64,000 bases of DNA, from positions 24,775 through 88,774 of IMG/VR virus record IMGVR_UViG_3300011979_000363. The stretch is one strand, 5' to 3'. Position numbers and translations under genes: made by a program. Position 1 is the first letter of the stretch, and every line of letters begins with the position of its first letter. The notes beneath the pieces are model-generated. The model saw only the letters and a program-made list of their open reading frames with translations, had not been told where the DNA came from and searched no databases. Positions 46,568 to 56,051 of this stretch are shown here, in pieces. Source of the stretch: a virus. Taxonomy: Duplodnaviria > Caudoviricetes.

Positions 46568-48217
46568 ATGGGAAAATTAAAGAAATTGGAGTTAGAGATT
46601 GGTACTGTCAGTAAGCGCAAGGTTATTACTCAAACGCAGGTAGATACACTTCTTCATGTCTATAATGATACGGCACTGGAGAAGCATATCAGTGGTTATG
46701 TCAGCAAGGATGAGCTTACGGCACGAGAATATTATAATCTTACTCAGTTAGGATTGAATGTGACGTGTGCAAAGAAGAACGCTACAGATTGGTCGGTTTC
46801 TGCTGACAAGAAGTTACTAAAAGCTGGCGAACATGCGAATATCACAGTAGGTGGTCAAGGCACCAATGAAGAGGTGACGATGACCATTGACAATATCAAG
46901 GTTAACTTTGGTAAGATTACCGCTGACGAACTCAAGTCTTATATCGAGCTAAATGGTTCTCAGTTGACGTTTAAGACTGGACTGAGCGTGACGGATATAA
47001 TGGCTGAAATAACCGTTAAGGTCGTTCCACGGTGGGATAAGGACGAGATTAAGACTATTGTCGTCAATGCAGGTGTTGTCTCATCTTTGCGGACAGTATG
47101 GATTAATCCAGCAGGCAATAGTGCTGCCTTACAGTCAGAAGGTAGTCTTGATTTGTTGGAAGACTATATCAGCAGAAGCAAACCATATGTTTTGACGGCA
47201 GACGGAAAGAAGATGGCAGAGATTAAGTCAGCTACTTTCAGTGGAGACTATAATGGTGGTACTGGTGTCATTACATTCAAGGACGGAACACAGAAAACGG
47301 TAGAAGAGTTGAACGCTGCTGGATGCAATTTTATGGTTTATCGTCCTGAGATGCATATCTTTAGCGGTACTGATGAGAATGGCAAGGAGATATTGCAGAA
47401 CTTTGGTATTTATCCTATCAAGGATGGCAAGACGTTCAATGCCCGTTTTATCGGTATGTTCCATGCTTATAATCAAGACGGAGTACTTAAGTCGCAGCCT
47501 AACAGGGTGCCTACCCAAAGTCAGACTATAGCACAACTCCAATCACAGGCAAAGATGGGTGCGGTGGATTATGGCTTGTGGAACTATAATGACTGGTGTA
47601 AGGAGAACGCATTACATTTGAGTTATTTTGCCAATACAAATTATGAGAATAATATTGGTGTTGGAAGAATAAATGACTGGAACAATGTATGCGACATAAG
47701 AACTGGTTGGACACTTCCTATGCTTGGTGTCACTCCTTATGGTACCTACCCTACTGTTAATAGAAATGGCGGAAAAGTGAACTGTTTGAATTTCTTCGGC
47801 TTGGAAGGTGTCGGAGAACAGGTATGGGATTTTGTTATTGGTTTCCGCCATGATGAGACTACTTGTTATGTGTGGGATGACAACAACTGGAAAGAAGATC
47901 ATGCAGGAGACCGGACGTTCAAGTTAGCTGTCACAAGTGTTAATCAAAACTATATCGGCACGATCATAGCCGGAGCAGACTTTGACATGCTTCCACGTAG
48001 CGTTAATGCATCAAGTTCTACTGGTTATTGTGATGGACACTGGGTATTCACCTCAGGACGTCTGTTGCTCGTCGGCGGCGCGGCGGTTCACGGTTCGATC
48101 TGCGGTCTTTCGGCCTCGCGTGCGGTTGACGGTTTCGGTAACTCGGTTGCGTCTGGCGGCGCTCGCCTGGCTTTCTACGGTCGGCCGGTCGAGGTGGATG
48201 GGGCTAATTTAATCTAA
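46568..48217 (+). CDS. DGR target protein, probable receptor-binding protein with C-terminal CLec fold
   Basis: 549 aa; FFGLEGVGEQVWDFVIG and terminal LLVGG.....GARLAF; carries the VR at its 3' end. Confidence 0.9.
   Translation: MGKLKKLELEIGTVSKRKVITQTQVDTLLHVYNDTALEKHISGYVSKDELTAREYYNLTQLGLNVTCAKKNATDWSVSADKKLLKAGEHANITVGGQGTNEEVTMTIDNIKVNFGKITADELKSYIELNGSQLTFKTGLSVTDIMAEITVKVVPRWDKDEIKTIVVNAGVVSSLRTVWINPAGNSAALQSEGSLDLLEDYISRSKPYVLTADGKKMAEIKSATFSGDYNGGTGVITFKDGTQKTVEELNAAGCNFMVYRPEMHIFSGTDENGKEILQNFGIYPIKDGKTFNARFIGMFHAYNQDGVLKSQPNRVPTQSQTIAQLQSQAKMGAVDYGLWNYNDWCKENALHLSYFANTNYENNIGVGRINDWNNVCDIRTGWTLPMLGVTPYGTYPTVNRNGGKVNCLNFFGLEGVGEQVWDFVIGFRHDETTCYVWDDNNWKEDHAGDRTFKLAVTSVNQNYIGTIIAGADFDMLPRSVNASSSTGYCDGHWVFTSGRLLLVGGAAVHGSICGLSASRAVDGFGNSVASGGARLAFYGRPVEVDGANLI
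48060..48174 (+). repeat. DGR variable repeat (VR) including IMH
   Basis: 115-nt ungapped match to 48285-48399 with 18 mismatches, all opposite a TR adenine. Confidence 0.97.
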
Positions 48218-48284
48218 TAATAATTAATAAAATAAATAGTATGACACTTTCTTAATTTATATAAAAACAAGGTACAATGAGTGA

Positions 48285-48399
48285 GTCTGTTGCACGTCGG
48301 CAGCACGGCGAATAACGGTTCGATCTGCGGTCTTTCGGCCTCGAATGCGAATGACGGTTTCGGTAACTCGAATGCGAATAACGGCGCTCGCCTAACTTT
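48285..48399 (+). repeat. DGR template repeat (TR)
   Basis: 23 adenines, 8 in-frame AAY codons; lies between target and RT. Confidence 0.97.
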
Positions 48400-48550
48400 T
48401 TCTCATAGTAAAAATATTGAAGATACATTCCACTCATTGATACCGCGCAATTGGGAGATAGCATCAATCATGCGAAACATGACTGCAACCCTTTATAGGG
48501 GCGTATAAGTAGGTGTAAAAACTGAAAGTAAGTAGCGTAGAGAGAAAGCC

Positions 48551-49867
48551 ATGATAAGAGGAAAACATAGAAATGTTAAGATCGAGCAGGTTTATGACAT
48601 GCAAAATCTAAAGCTTGCTGAAAAGGAAGCAAGACGTGGCAAGGGGAATAAATATGGTGTTAGGAAATTTGATAAAGATAAGGAAGGCAATTTATTAAAG
48701 ATACAAGAAATGCTGATAAACAGAACATATCATACATCCACTCCAAGAACGGACGAACAGTATTGTCCGTGCGGTAAGGTTCGTATGATCACTAAACTCC
48801 CTTATTATCCTGATCATATCATTCATCATGCTTTGATGCGTGTCATCATGCCATCTATGACCAAGAGTTATTATGCTGACAGTTTTGCGAGCATTAAAGG
48901 CAGAGGTATAGAGCTTGCACGCAGACGAGTAAGACGCTTTATCGACTTGCATAAAGGAGAAGATATAGTGTTTGCTAAACTCGATTTTACCAAGTTTTAT
49001 CAAAATATACGGCAAGATAAAGTCTATGGAAAGCTATGCGAGATGTACCATGATGATGGTATAAGGTGGTTGTTAAAAGAAGTTGTCACTACTTTGGATG
49101 ATGGACTTGGTATAGGTCTCTATCCTATACAACCGATTGCCAATTTCTATTTGAACGAGTTGGATAGAAAAGTAGGATTGATGTTTGGTAAGGAGGTACA
49201 CTTATTCAGATATTGTGATGACATTGTGTTAATGGGGTTCAATACAAAGACGGTATGGAAAGCCGTAGATATGATACGCACTTACGCCTCTGACGTATTA
49301 GAGCAACCATTCCACACGAATATCAACGTAGAACATCTGACGGACAGTGTTGGATTGAGCTTTGTTGGTTATAAGTTTTATAAAAACTATACTCTTATCA
49401 GAAAAAGGATAAAGATAAGATTTAAGAAGAAAGTCGCAAAGATAGACGATGATACAATGAAACGTGCTACATTGGCGAGTTATAAAGGCTGGCTGATGCA
49501 TAGTGACGGAAGAAATTTATGGAAAAAGGTAACAGGTATGAAAAGTTTTTCAGAGTTAAACATTAGGCGTGCCACCAAAGGCAAGAATGGACAGGTATTC
49601 TTTGACGTTCCGACTGTCAGTTGTGGATTTATTGTTGGACGAACTATTTTTGTTAAAGACTTCCAGACAAATGTCACCACCAAAAATGGCGGAGGTAGAT
49701 ATGTTGTACTGATTGAGGAAGGTGGCAGAGATTGTAAGTTTCTGACCAATAATCCACGATTGAAAGACGTATTGGATCAGTGTCGGGAGCAGAATGCATT
49801 CCCCTTTGAAGCAACGCTTAAGAGCAGGAGTTTAGGTGGCAATAAAATCGACTATTATTTTGAGTGA
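48551..49867 (+). CDS. DGR reverse transcriptase with ~110-aa C-terminal extension
   Basis: HIIHHAL, SFASIKGRG, KLDFTKFYQNI, GLGIGLY..Q..ANFYL, FRYCDDIV, SFVGY. Confidence 0.97.
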   Translation: MIRGKHRNVKIEQVYDMQNLKLAEKEARRGKGNKYGVRKFDKDKEGNLLKIQEMLINRTYHTSTPRTDEQYCPCGKVRMITKLPYYPDHIIHHALMRVIMPSMTKSYYADSFASIKGRGIELARRRVRRFIDLHKGEDIVFAKLDFTKFYQNIRQDKVYGKLCEMYHDDGIRWLLKEVVTTLDDGLGIGLYPIQPIANFYLNELDRKVGLMFGKEVHLFRYCDDIVLMGFNTKTVWKAVDMIRTYASDVLEQPFHTNINVEHLTDSVGLSFVGYKFYKNYTLIRKRIKIRFKKKVAKIDDDTMKRATLASYKGWLMHSDGRNLWKKVTGMKSFSELNIRRATKGKNGQVFFDVPTVSCGFIVGRTIFVKDFQTNVTTKNGGGRYVVLIEEGGRDCKFLTNNPRLKDVLDQCREQNAFPFEATLKSRSLGGNKIDYYFE

Positions 49868-49868
49868 T

Positions 49869-50552
49869 ATGGAGACAGAAAGTAACGTTAAGCCTTCGCT
49901 CATAGAGCGGTATGATGATTTTGTTCGTATCAATTACGATGTGAAAGAAGAGACAAGAGGCAATGGGGGTGAAGCTATTGTCATATACAAGTACAGGATG
50001 CTTGAAATGGATAAGCTTCCAACAGACGTGGACGAACTTGCAAATATACTTTATTGTGGTTGTCATCCAGTGGCTGAGCAAGTACATATCATTGCATCGG
50101 GCGTACAAAATAAGATCTTCAAATTAGACAAGTGTCGTAGGACATGTATCAGAACAGCTAAGAAAATACTTGATATACCATATACACTTGATGAGCTTAA
50201 AGATGATAAGATTGCCGAAATTACGGCTTATGATGCCAGTGATGCGGTTAACAGCTTTGTGTATAATGGAGTAAGCATGTGGCTGGATAAGGAGACGCGT
50301 GTTGGATTGTCTTTGCGGTTCAGAAGTGAACAAGCGGCTGGAGCTACACAGACAACGCTGTGGTCAGGCACGCAGTCGTTTACGTTGAATATTGATGATG
50401 GCCTAAAGTTGTTGGCTGCGGTAGAGGTCTATGCAAGTGCTGCTTATGATGTGACGGCTAAGCATAAGGCTAACGTGTTGGCATTGACAGACGCTCAGGC
50501 GGTAGAGGAGTATGATTATAAGACGGGGTACCCAAAGAAGCTGAGCTTGTGA
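49869..50552 (+). CDS. DUF4376-like tail fibre assembly protein
   Basis: KIAEI.AYD.S.AVNSF..NG..MWLDK.TR.GL...Y...YP.KL; start set at MET just after the RT stop. Confidence 0.8.
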   Translation: METESNVKPSLIERYDDFVRINYDVKEETRGNGGEAIVIYKYRMLEMDKLPTDVDELANILYCGCHPVAEQVHIIASGVQNKIFKLDKCRRTCIRTAKKILDIPYTLDELKDDKIAEITAYDASDAVNSFVYNGVSMWLDKETRVGLSLRFRSEQAAGATQTTLWSGTQSFTLNIDDGLKLLAAVEVYASAAYDVTAKHKANVLALTDAQAVEEYDYKTGYPKKLSL

Positions 50553-50610
50553 TTAAAACCAGCCCTAAAGGGCTGGGCACAGAACAGGAGCATTGATTAA
50601 CTAAGGGAAG

Positions 50611-50919
50611 ATGGTAGAGATGTTGAAGGTTAAAGATTTGAGAGGGCGTTTGTGGCATGAAGGGAGCAATGGATTGGGGGTTGGCCCGATGTGGCTGAGG
50701 AAGCTACTACCTTATCGTCAGCTTTTTGATAAAGCCGCAAGAGAACATGACAGACGCTATGACACACAAGGGGATGGTACGCTGAGAAAGGTTTATGATG
50801 TAGGATTTCTTATCAGTTGTCTTTGTGCGTGTCGTACTACATGGCAATGTGTTGTGGCTTGGATATATTTTATCCTTTGCAGAATGTTTGGTTGGTTGTT
50901 TTTCAGATATGACAGATAG
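50611..50919 (+). CDS. small protein with phospholipase A2-like HD..Y motif
   Basis: GSNGLGVGP...FDKAAREHDRRYD. Confidence 0.55.
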   Translation: MVEMLKVKDLRGRLWHEGSNGLGVGPMWLRKLLPYRQLFDKAAREHDRRYDTQGDGTLRKVYDVGFLISCLCACRTTWQCVVAWIYFILCRMFGWLFFRYDR

Positions 50920-51214
50920 TAAACGAGATTCAAGGTCTTACAAGGCAAGACATAAGCGGTGGTACAATAGAGCTTACCAACGCTTTCAGGCTAAGACCCC
51001 TAAGGTGGCGAGACGCATAAGAAACATCTCAGCTTTCATCTCAGGAGTTTCTTTAGCCGTTATGACCGCTTTGTTGTCAGCTCAGGCAACTATTCCAGAT
51101 TGGTTCAGTAAGGTCTATCCTTATCTGATAGGTTTGCCAGCCGCTATTGCTTTTGTCTTTCAGTTTGCTGAGGATAAAGATGACGATAAATCCATAAAAG
51201 ACAAAGAACGATGA
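50909..51214 (+). CDS. putative holin
   Basis: basic N-terminus, two hydrophobic helices, charged C-terminal tail. Confidence 0.6.
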   Translation: MTDSKRDSRSYKARHKRWYNRAYQRFQAKTPKVARRIRNISAFISGVSLAVMTALLSAQATIPDWFSKVYPYLIGLPAAIAFVFQFAEDKDDDKSIKDKER

Positions 51215-52215
51215 AACAATATATAGTTAAGTCAGGACAGAATATTTTTGATGTCTCTTTGACGTTGTTTGGCAGTCTGGAAGGCATTTCAGACTTGATG
51301 GTTAACAATGAGTCCCTTACGTTAGGAACGAAGTTAGAAACTGGGCAAGTGTTGAACTATGATGAGGACTTCGTTATAGATAAAGACTTGGTAGACTGGT
51401 TTAATGAAAAGCGTATTACTATTAAAAACGGAAACGGAGATGGAAGTTCTGAATTGACAGACATTAAAAGCGTTGTTGTAAATGCTGTTGCCACGTTAAA
51501 CAAGAATGTAGCAGACCTTTATAAAGCTGGGAAAATTTTTATAGATTATAGTGGCCCGTATATCAGTAAGCCGAGACCACGGGATGATACATGGGGCGAT
51601 GAGGACGGGTCAGAAAACAAGCCTAAGTCAGAAGAGTCGTGGATTATCGATGCTACCGACGACAGTTTCAGATTTTATTCCAGTTATGGCATAGAAGAAA
51701 ATTGGCCGAACGTGACAGACTTGGAGCAACGTCTGCAAGCTGTATTAGGGGGGGATTTTAAGTTCTCTGGTTTTGTCAATACTGGACTGTACTATACTTT
51801 GCGAAATCTTTTTGACGCTGGGATTATATTGCTTCCTTCAGATACTTTCGACTTGAGCGATTTTTATTCAAGGCTTCAGACACCTAAGATATTTATCAGA
51901 CAGGATGGTAGTGCATCTTCTATCCGCTTCTCCCCCATTGCCAATCAGATTGTCTTTATTGACTGGGGGGATGGTGGAAATATAGAGTATTATCATTATT
52001 ACTCTAATACTCAAATAGCTACCCATGTTTATAATGATGCAGGAACACATTTAATCAAGATGTATGGTTGTAATACCTTTTATGATTTGGATTTTATAGA
52101 TGTCAATGGCGTTTATCAGCCTTTGGAAAACATATATATTGGCTATCACTTCAATACTCCTTATGCAAGCAATAAAAACATGAATAGACTATTTATAAAA
52201 AAAGAAATAAAATAA
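51211..52215 (+). CDS. baseplate protein with LysM/gpX-like N-terminus and PKD-like C-terminus
   Basis: YIVKSGQNIFDVSLTLFGSLEGI..L; IDWGDG...H.Y. Confidence 0.75.
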   Translation: MKQYIVKSGQNIFDVSLTLFGSLEGISDLMVNNESLTLGTKLETGQVLNYDEDFVIDKDLVDWFNEKRITIKNGNGDGSSELTDIKSVVVNAVATLNKNVADLYKAGKIFIDYSGPYISKPRPRDDTWGDEDGSENKPKSEESWIIDATDDSFRFYSSYGIEENWPNVTDLEQRLQAVLGGDFKFSGFVNTGLYYTLRNLFDAGIILLPSDTFDLSDFYSRLQTPKIFIRQDGSASSIRFSPIANQIVFIDWGDGGNIEYYHYYSNTQIATHVYNDAGTHLIKMYGCNTFYDLDFIDVNGVYQPLENIYIGYHFNTPYASNKNMNRLFIKKEIK

Positions 52216-52219
52216 AAAC

Positions 52220-53164
52220 ATGAGCAGAAGTATAAGTCAGATATATGCTGAGGCAGTAGTCAAGAGGAATGACTACCTTCAGCTTACATCGTTGAACAGT
52301 GGCAGGTCAGAAGCAAAGATGAGTGTAATCAATGTTCTGACTTATATTATGGCAGTGCTTATTTATAGTTATGAATCCTTGTTGGATGTCTTTCAGGTTC
52401 AAATATCAAATATCATCAGTAAGCGTATCAATGGCACTGCGAGATATTATGCTGAGGTAGCCTTGTATTTCCAGTACAACCCCGACAGCAAGACTATGGA
52501 TGATATGGTATTTGACGAGACGACGTTTCAGTTCAAATTCAAGACTGTGGACACGACACGAAGGATCGTTTCAAAGTCAGCTTTCGAGGAAGATCAGAAG
52601 AATGGTACGGTAATAAAGATTTGCAAGAACAACAGTAACACTGACAATTCTGATGGCGGTGCCAAATACATGCCGTTAAGCGATTATGAAATGTTGGCGT
52701 TCAATAACTACATGGATGAGATTAAGTTCTTGGGTGCTAAATTATCCTATCGTAGCGTTCTTGGAGATTTGATGACTGTTAAGGCCACCATTGTCTATGA
52801 CGATCTTTATATTGATGCTGAGCAGGCGTTTGAGAACGTGAAAGCGGCGCTTGTTGCCTATGAGCAGAACTTGGATTTCAATGGTTTAGTTTATTATCAG
52901 AGTGTCATTGACGCTATCCAAGGAGCTGCCCATATTGTGACAGTCTCAGGTATTGACTCTACTTCATCAGACGGTAAATATGCTAAGGTGATGCTTCAGT
53001 CGTATGATACAGACAAAAAGGCTTATGGCGATCCGTCAGAAGTTGTTGAGCGCCGTACCCCTTATAGCGGTTATTTGACATTTGTTGATGAGACAAACAG
53101 CAACCAGTCTACTTTATCGGCTGGGGATAATTTAGTGTTTAAGGCAAAATCAACGTTATCATAA
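52220..53164 (+). CDS. baseplate wedge protein (J-like)
   Basis: MSRSI.QIY, GTARYYAE.AL.FQY, Y...L.FNG......VIDAIQ. Confidence 0.75.
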   Translation: MSRSISQIYAEAVVKRNDYLQLTSLNSGRSEAKMSVINVLTYIMAVLIYSYESLLDVFQVQISNIISKRINGTARYYAEVALYFQYNPDSKTMDDMVFDETTFQFKFKTVDTTRRIVSKSAFEEDQKNGTVIKICKNNSNTDNSDGGAKYMPLSDYEMLAFNNYMDEIKFLGAKLSYRSVLGDLMTVKATIVYDDLYIDAEQAFENVKAALVAYEQNLDFNGLVYYQSVIDAIQGAAHIVTVSGIDSTSSDGKYAKVMLQSYDTDKKAYGDPSEVVERRTPYSGYLTFVDETNSNQSTLSAGDNLVFKAKSTLS

Positions 53165-53736
53165 TGGCAATCAATACTGATAAATATAAAGTAAGTAGCA
53201 ATGTGCTGGTAAGAATATTGACACCTTTTTTCTTGAAAGGAGTTAAGGTATTGAAATTCTTGTCCGGCATTGCTTATCCCTTGGATGAGCTTAACATTGC
53301 TTTCAGGAACTGGGTGGCTGAAAAGATTGTGGATGCTGTCACCACTTTCCAGCCCATCGTATTGGAGTGGTCATTGAATATACGTTTTAGGAAATACTTT
53401 AAGAATAAAGGTGACAGCTTTGAAATCATCCCCTATACTTATAATCATTATCTGACTATCTATGAGGATCAGAATGAGTTTAACAGTTTAGAGACCCCAG
53501 CAATTTTTTGGTGTCCAGAAGATGAGACGGAGAAGAATGATAAGATAACTGATGACAATACCCTTATCATTATGGATCAGCGAGAGGTAAAGAGAGAAAG
53601 CGACAGTTTTGTCGTTATAGCACCCCCTATTAATAGCCTTATAGCTGATAAGGATTATCGCATGAAGGTTAAGCAAGTGATTAAGTATTATAGAGTTTAC
53701 CAAGTCGAATACAATATATTTTATAGAAAACAATAA
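53164..53736 (+). CDS. baseplate wedge protein (I-like)
   Basis: follows the J-like gene with overlap; Q...LEW.LN.RF, F.V..P patterns. Confidence 0.6.
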   Translation: MAINTDKYKVSSNVLVRILTPFFLKGVKVLKFLSGIAYPLDELNIAFRNWVAEKIVDAVTTFQPIVLEWSLNIRFRKYFKNKGDSFEIIPYTYNHYLTIYEDQNEFNSLETPAIFWCPEDETEKNDKITDDNTLIIMDQREVKRESDSFVVIAPPINSLIADKDYRMKVKQVIKYYRVYQVEYNIFYRKQ

Positions 53737-53745
53737 TAGCAAAAT

Positions 53746-55224
53746 ATGAAAGAGTATCAATCAGAGTTAGGCGGAAGGCACTTGTACAGTTCTGACATTA
53801 AGAATTTGCAAGAATTAGCATCTGTATTCACACAGATGTTCAAGGACGCGAATGTTAATTTTGTGTTATCAGGTTGTAAGGCTATGGGCACAAATCAAAG
53901 TACCAGTAAGAAGTCATATTCAGAAGGTTATGCTTATATAGATGGCAAAGTCTGTCATGTAGAGGGCGCTGAAAATGTCTCTGCTACCAACCTTAAGATC
54001 GTACTTAAACAAAAAAATGGCGGTAATATACCTTATGTAGACGGTTCTTACCACCCCCAGTATGTAGAGTATTATGGTGAATATTCAAACGATGCAAGTG
54101 TAGATTCTGGATATATAGCCGCTTATTCTTACAATGGGGAAGTGTATTTTCCAGATTTAAGAGCATTCTTCAAGAAGTATTCAGTTCTTAAAGACTTAAA
54201 TGGAATAGACGGTTATTCTCCTCTTCAAGAAATCTCAAGTGATCTTAAAATATATGGTATTCTGAATGCTATTGCCCTTCAATCTCAGCAAGGATTGTCT
54301 TTGGATAATGGAGATTATAATATTAATGTAACGGATAATTATGTTAGTTTTGAGTGGAAGAATGGACTTTCATTTAGAATTGATTCGTCTAATCCAGCTA
54401 AACTATATTTCAAATATAAAGGTAGTGATGATTGGGTAGAGTTCGGCTCAATTATTCCGACCAATGGCATTATTCCTTATCTTAAGAATTTCCAGGCAGA
54501 TGATTTATATGTCAAGAATTTATATGTAAACGGCGGTGATGTCCCTGGGACTATTCCTTTAGGCGGTGTTATTTCTTATGCCGGGCGGCTTGACAGAATT
54601 CCTATTGGCTTTGCCTTATGCGATGGCAGAAAAGTGAATTGCTTGACCACTGAAAATGGGCATGTTGTAGCAAATAAAGATTTATTACCAATTTTTGATA
54701 TTATGGGCGGTGTAGAGACCTCAGAATCTACTAAAGACCCGAAGACTGGCGAAATTGTCGTCAGCAATTGGACTAAATATTTTATGATGCCAGACTTGCG
54801 TGGACGATTCATCGTAGGCTATGACCGTAACAAAGCAGATTATTCCTCTATAGGAAATACTGGTGGCGAGGCATTCCATACGCTTAATGTTAAGGAGATG
54901 CCACAGCATAAGCATGCTTATAATAAGGATGATTTGGGAATTGTAAGCTCTTTGAACAACAATTATAGTTTAGATGTCACATTAAATACTGTATCAAACA
55001 CTGCGGCATCTTCCTCAGCATCAGAAGATGATGATTTAGGGTTGGAGATTATGCATCCTAAAAGGGGAGATGTCGGATTACCACGTCTTGTTGGTACAGT
55101 TACAACAAGCGACGCAGATGTCCCATCAACAAAAGCTGCGGCCACTGATAATACAGGTGCCGGGCAGCCTCATGAGAACAGACCGCCTTACTATACACTT
55201 GCATATATAATGAGAATCATTTAA
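53746..55224 (+). CDS. tail fibre protein with tail-collar domain
   Basis: PLGGVI.YAG....IP.GFALCDG, PDLRGRFIVG, TGGE..HTL...EMP.H.H, HENRPPYY.LAYIMR. Confidence 0.85.
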   Translation: MKEYQSELGGRHLYSSDIKNLQELASVFTQMFKDANVNFVLSGCKAMGTNQSTSKKSYSEGYAYIDGKVCHVEGAENVSATNLKIVLKQKNGGNIPYVDGSYHPQYVEYYGEYSNDASVDSGYIAAYSYNGEVYFPDLRAFFKKYSVLKDLNGIDGYSPLQEISSDLKIYGILNAIALQSQQGLSLDNGDYNINVTDNYVSFEWKNGLSFRIDSSNPAKLYFKYKGSDDWVEFGSIIPTNGIIPYLKNFQADDLYVKNLYVNGGDVPGTIPLGGVISYAGRLDRIPIGFALCDGRKVNCLTTENGHVVANKDLLPIFDIMGGVETSESTKDPKTGEIVVSNWTKYFMMPDLRGRFIVGYDRNKADYSSIGNTGGEAFHTLNVKEMPQHKHAYNKDDLGIVSSLNNNYSLDVTLNTVSNTAASSSASEDDDLGLEIMHPKRGDVGLPRLVGTVTTSDADVPSTKAAATDNTGAGQPHENRPPYYTLAYIMRII

Positions 55225-55235
55225 TATTTAAGGAT

Positions 55236-55502
55236 ATGAAAATACACAATTACGGAAACGATTATGTACATCATTTTAAGATGACGGAACTTCAAAAGAA
55301 AAAGGTAAATGATGAACATCAGGTTAAGTCCGAGAGAGACACGAATGTTAAACCCTCAGGATTACGGAGTCCAAACGAAAAAGGACAAGTGGAAGATAAA
55401 ACTGAGCAAACTTCCAAAGTACAAACAACTCCAGATCCTAAAGAAGCCAAAACGGAAGAAAAGTCCGTCAAGGCAGAAAAAGGCAAGGCCAGTAAGAAGT
55501 AA
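55236..55502 (+). CDS. low-complexity charged protein
   Basis: 88-aa ORF with good initiation context; overlaps the next ORF. Confidence 0.55.
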   Translation: MKIHNYGNDYVHHFKMTELQKKKVNDEHQVKSERDTNVKPSGLRSPNEKGQVEDKTEQTSKVQTTPDPKEAKTEEKSVKAEKGKASKK

Positions 55503-55773
55503 GTTTGAAGCTACTCCATTAGGCGATTTCTTACTACGATATTGTCCGACTGAGTATTCGATGATAAAGAGTATAGCGGCAGATAAACATCGTATTACTG
55601 CTGACCTTGTAGACAGTGTTGTCAACGCTACTCAGAATCCAATGGCCGAATCACTCGCATACAGAAGAGCACTTGGTGATTATAGAAAATATCGTACAAG
55701 GACACCAAATGCAGGAATGATTGACATACAAGACGAGACTGAGCTTATTGAGAAGAAGCTTGGCATTGATTGA
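55309..55773 (+). CDS. hypothetical protein, start uncertain
   Basis: C-terminal ~95 aa look globular; 5' part overlaps the previous ORF in another frame. Confidence 0.55.
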   Translation: MMNIRLSPRETRMLNPQDYGVQTKKDKWKIKLSKLPKYKQLQILKKPKRKKSPSRQKKARPVRSKFEATPLGDFLLRYCPTEYSMIKSIAADKHRITADLVDSVVNATQNPMAESLAYRRALGDYRKYRTRTPNAGMIDIQDETELIEKKLGID

Positions 55774-55785
55774 GACAGATGATGG

Positions 55786-55815
55786 AAAGCGAGGCTGGTG
55801 ATAGCTTCGCTTTTT
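55786..55815 (+). terminator. intrinsic terminator ending the structural operon
   Basis: AAAGCGAGGCT-ggtgat-AGCTTCGCTTT-TT. Confidence 0.85.
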
Positions 55816-55968
55816 ATAATATGTACGCGAGAAGAGAGGACAAAGAAAGACTTTCTCAGTTATTAGCCGAAGCGAAAACTACAACAATATGTGTACATTA
55901 TAAATATTTGTATACCAAATAGTTAACGTGATATTATGCTTTCTTAACACAAAATATTCATTAAAAAG

Positions 55969-56000
55969 TTTGTGTGCTATTCGATTATTTCCTAAATTTG
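55969..56000 (+). promoter_or_regulatory. Bacteroidetes sigmaA promoter for the recombination/replication operon
   Basis: TTTG-N20-TAAATTTG followed by CAACCGAAAC. Confidence 0.85.
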
Positions 56001-56051
56001 CAACCGAAACGAACAACAAATAAAACAATGCACATGGAAAAAACTTAGCGT

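Larger units (their letters stand above)
46568..49867 (+). mobile_element. diversity-generating retroelement (target/VR - TR - RT)
   Basis: VR/TR pair differing only at TR adenines, adjacent to an RT gene. Confidence 0.95.

Noticed and set aside
48281-48508. 75-aa ORF over the TR
   Set aside because: It is the Asn-rich translation of the template repeat, expected in DGRs and not evidence of a protein
55130-55224. Second DGR variable region at the end of the collar-domain fibre gene
   Set aside because: No similarity to the TR; it is the ordinary HENRPPYY collar motif
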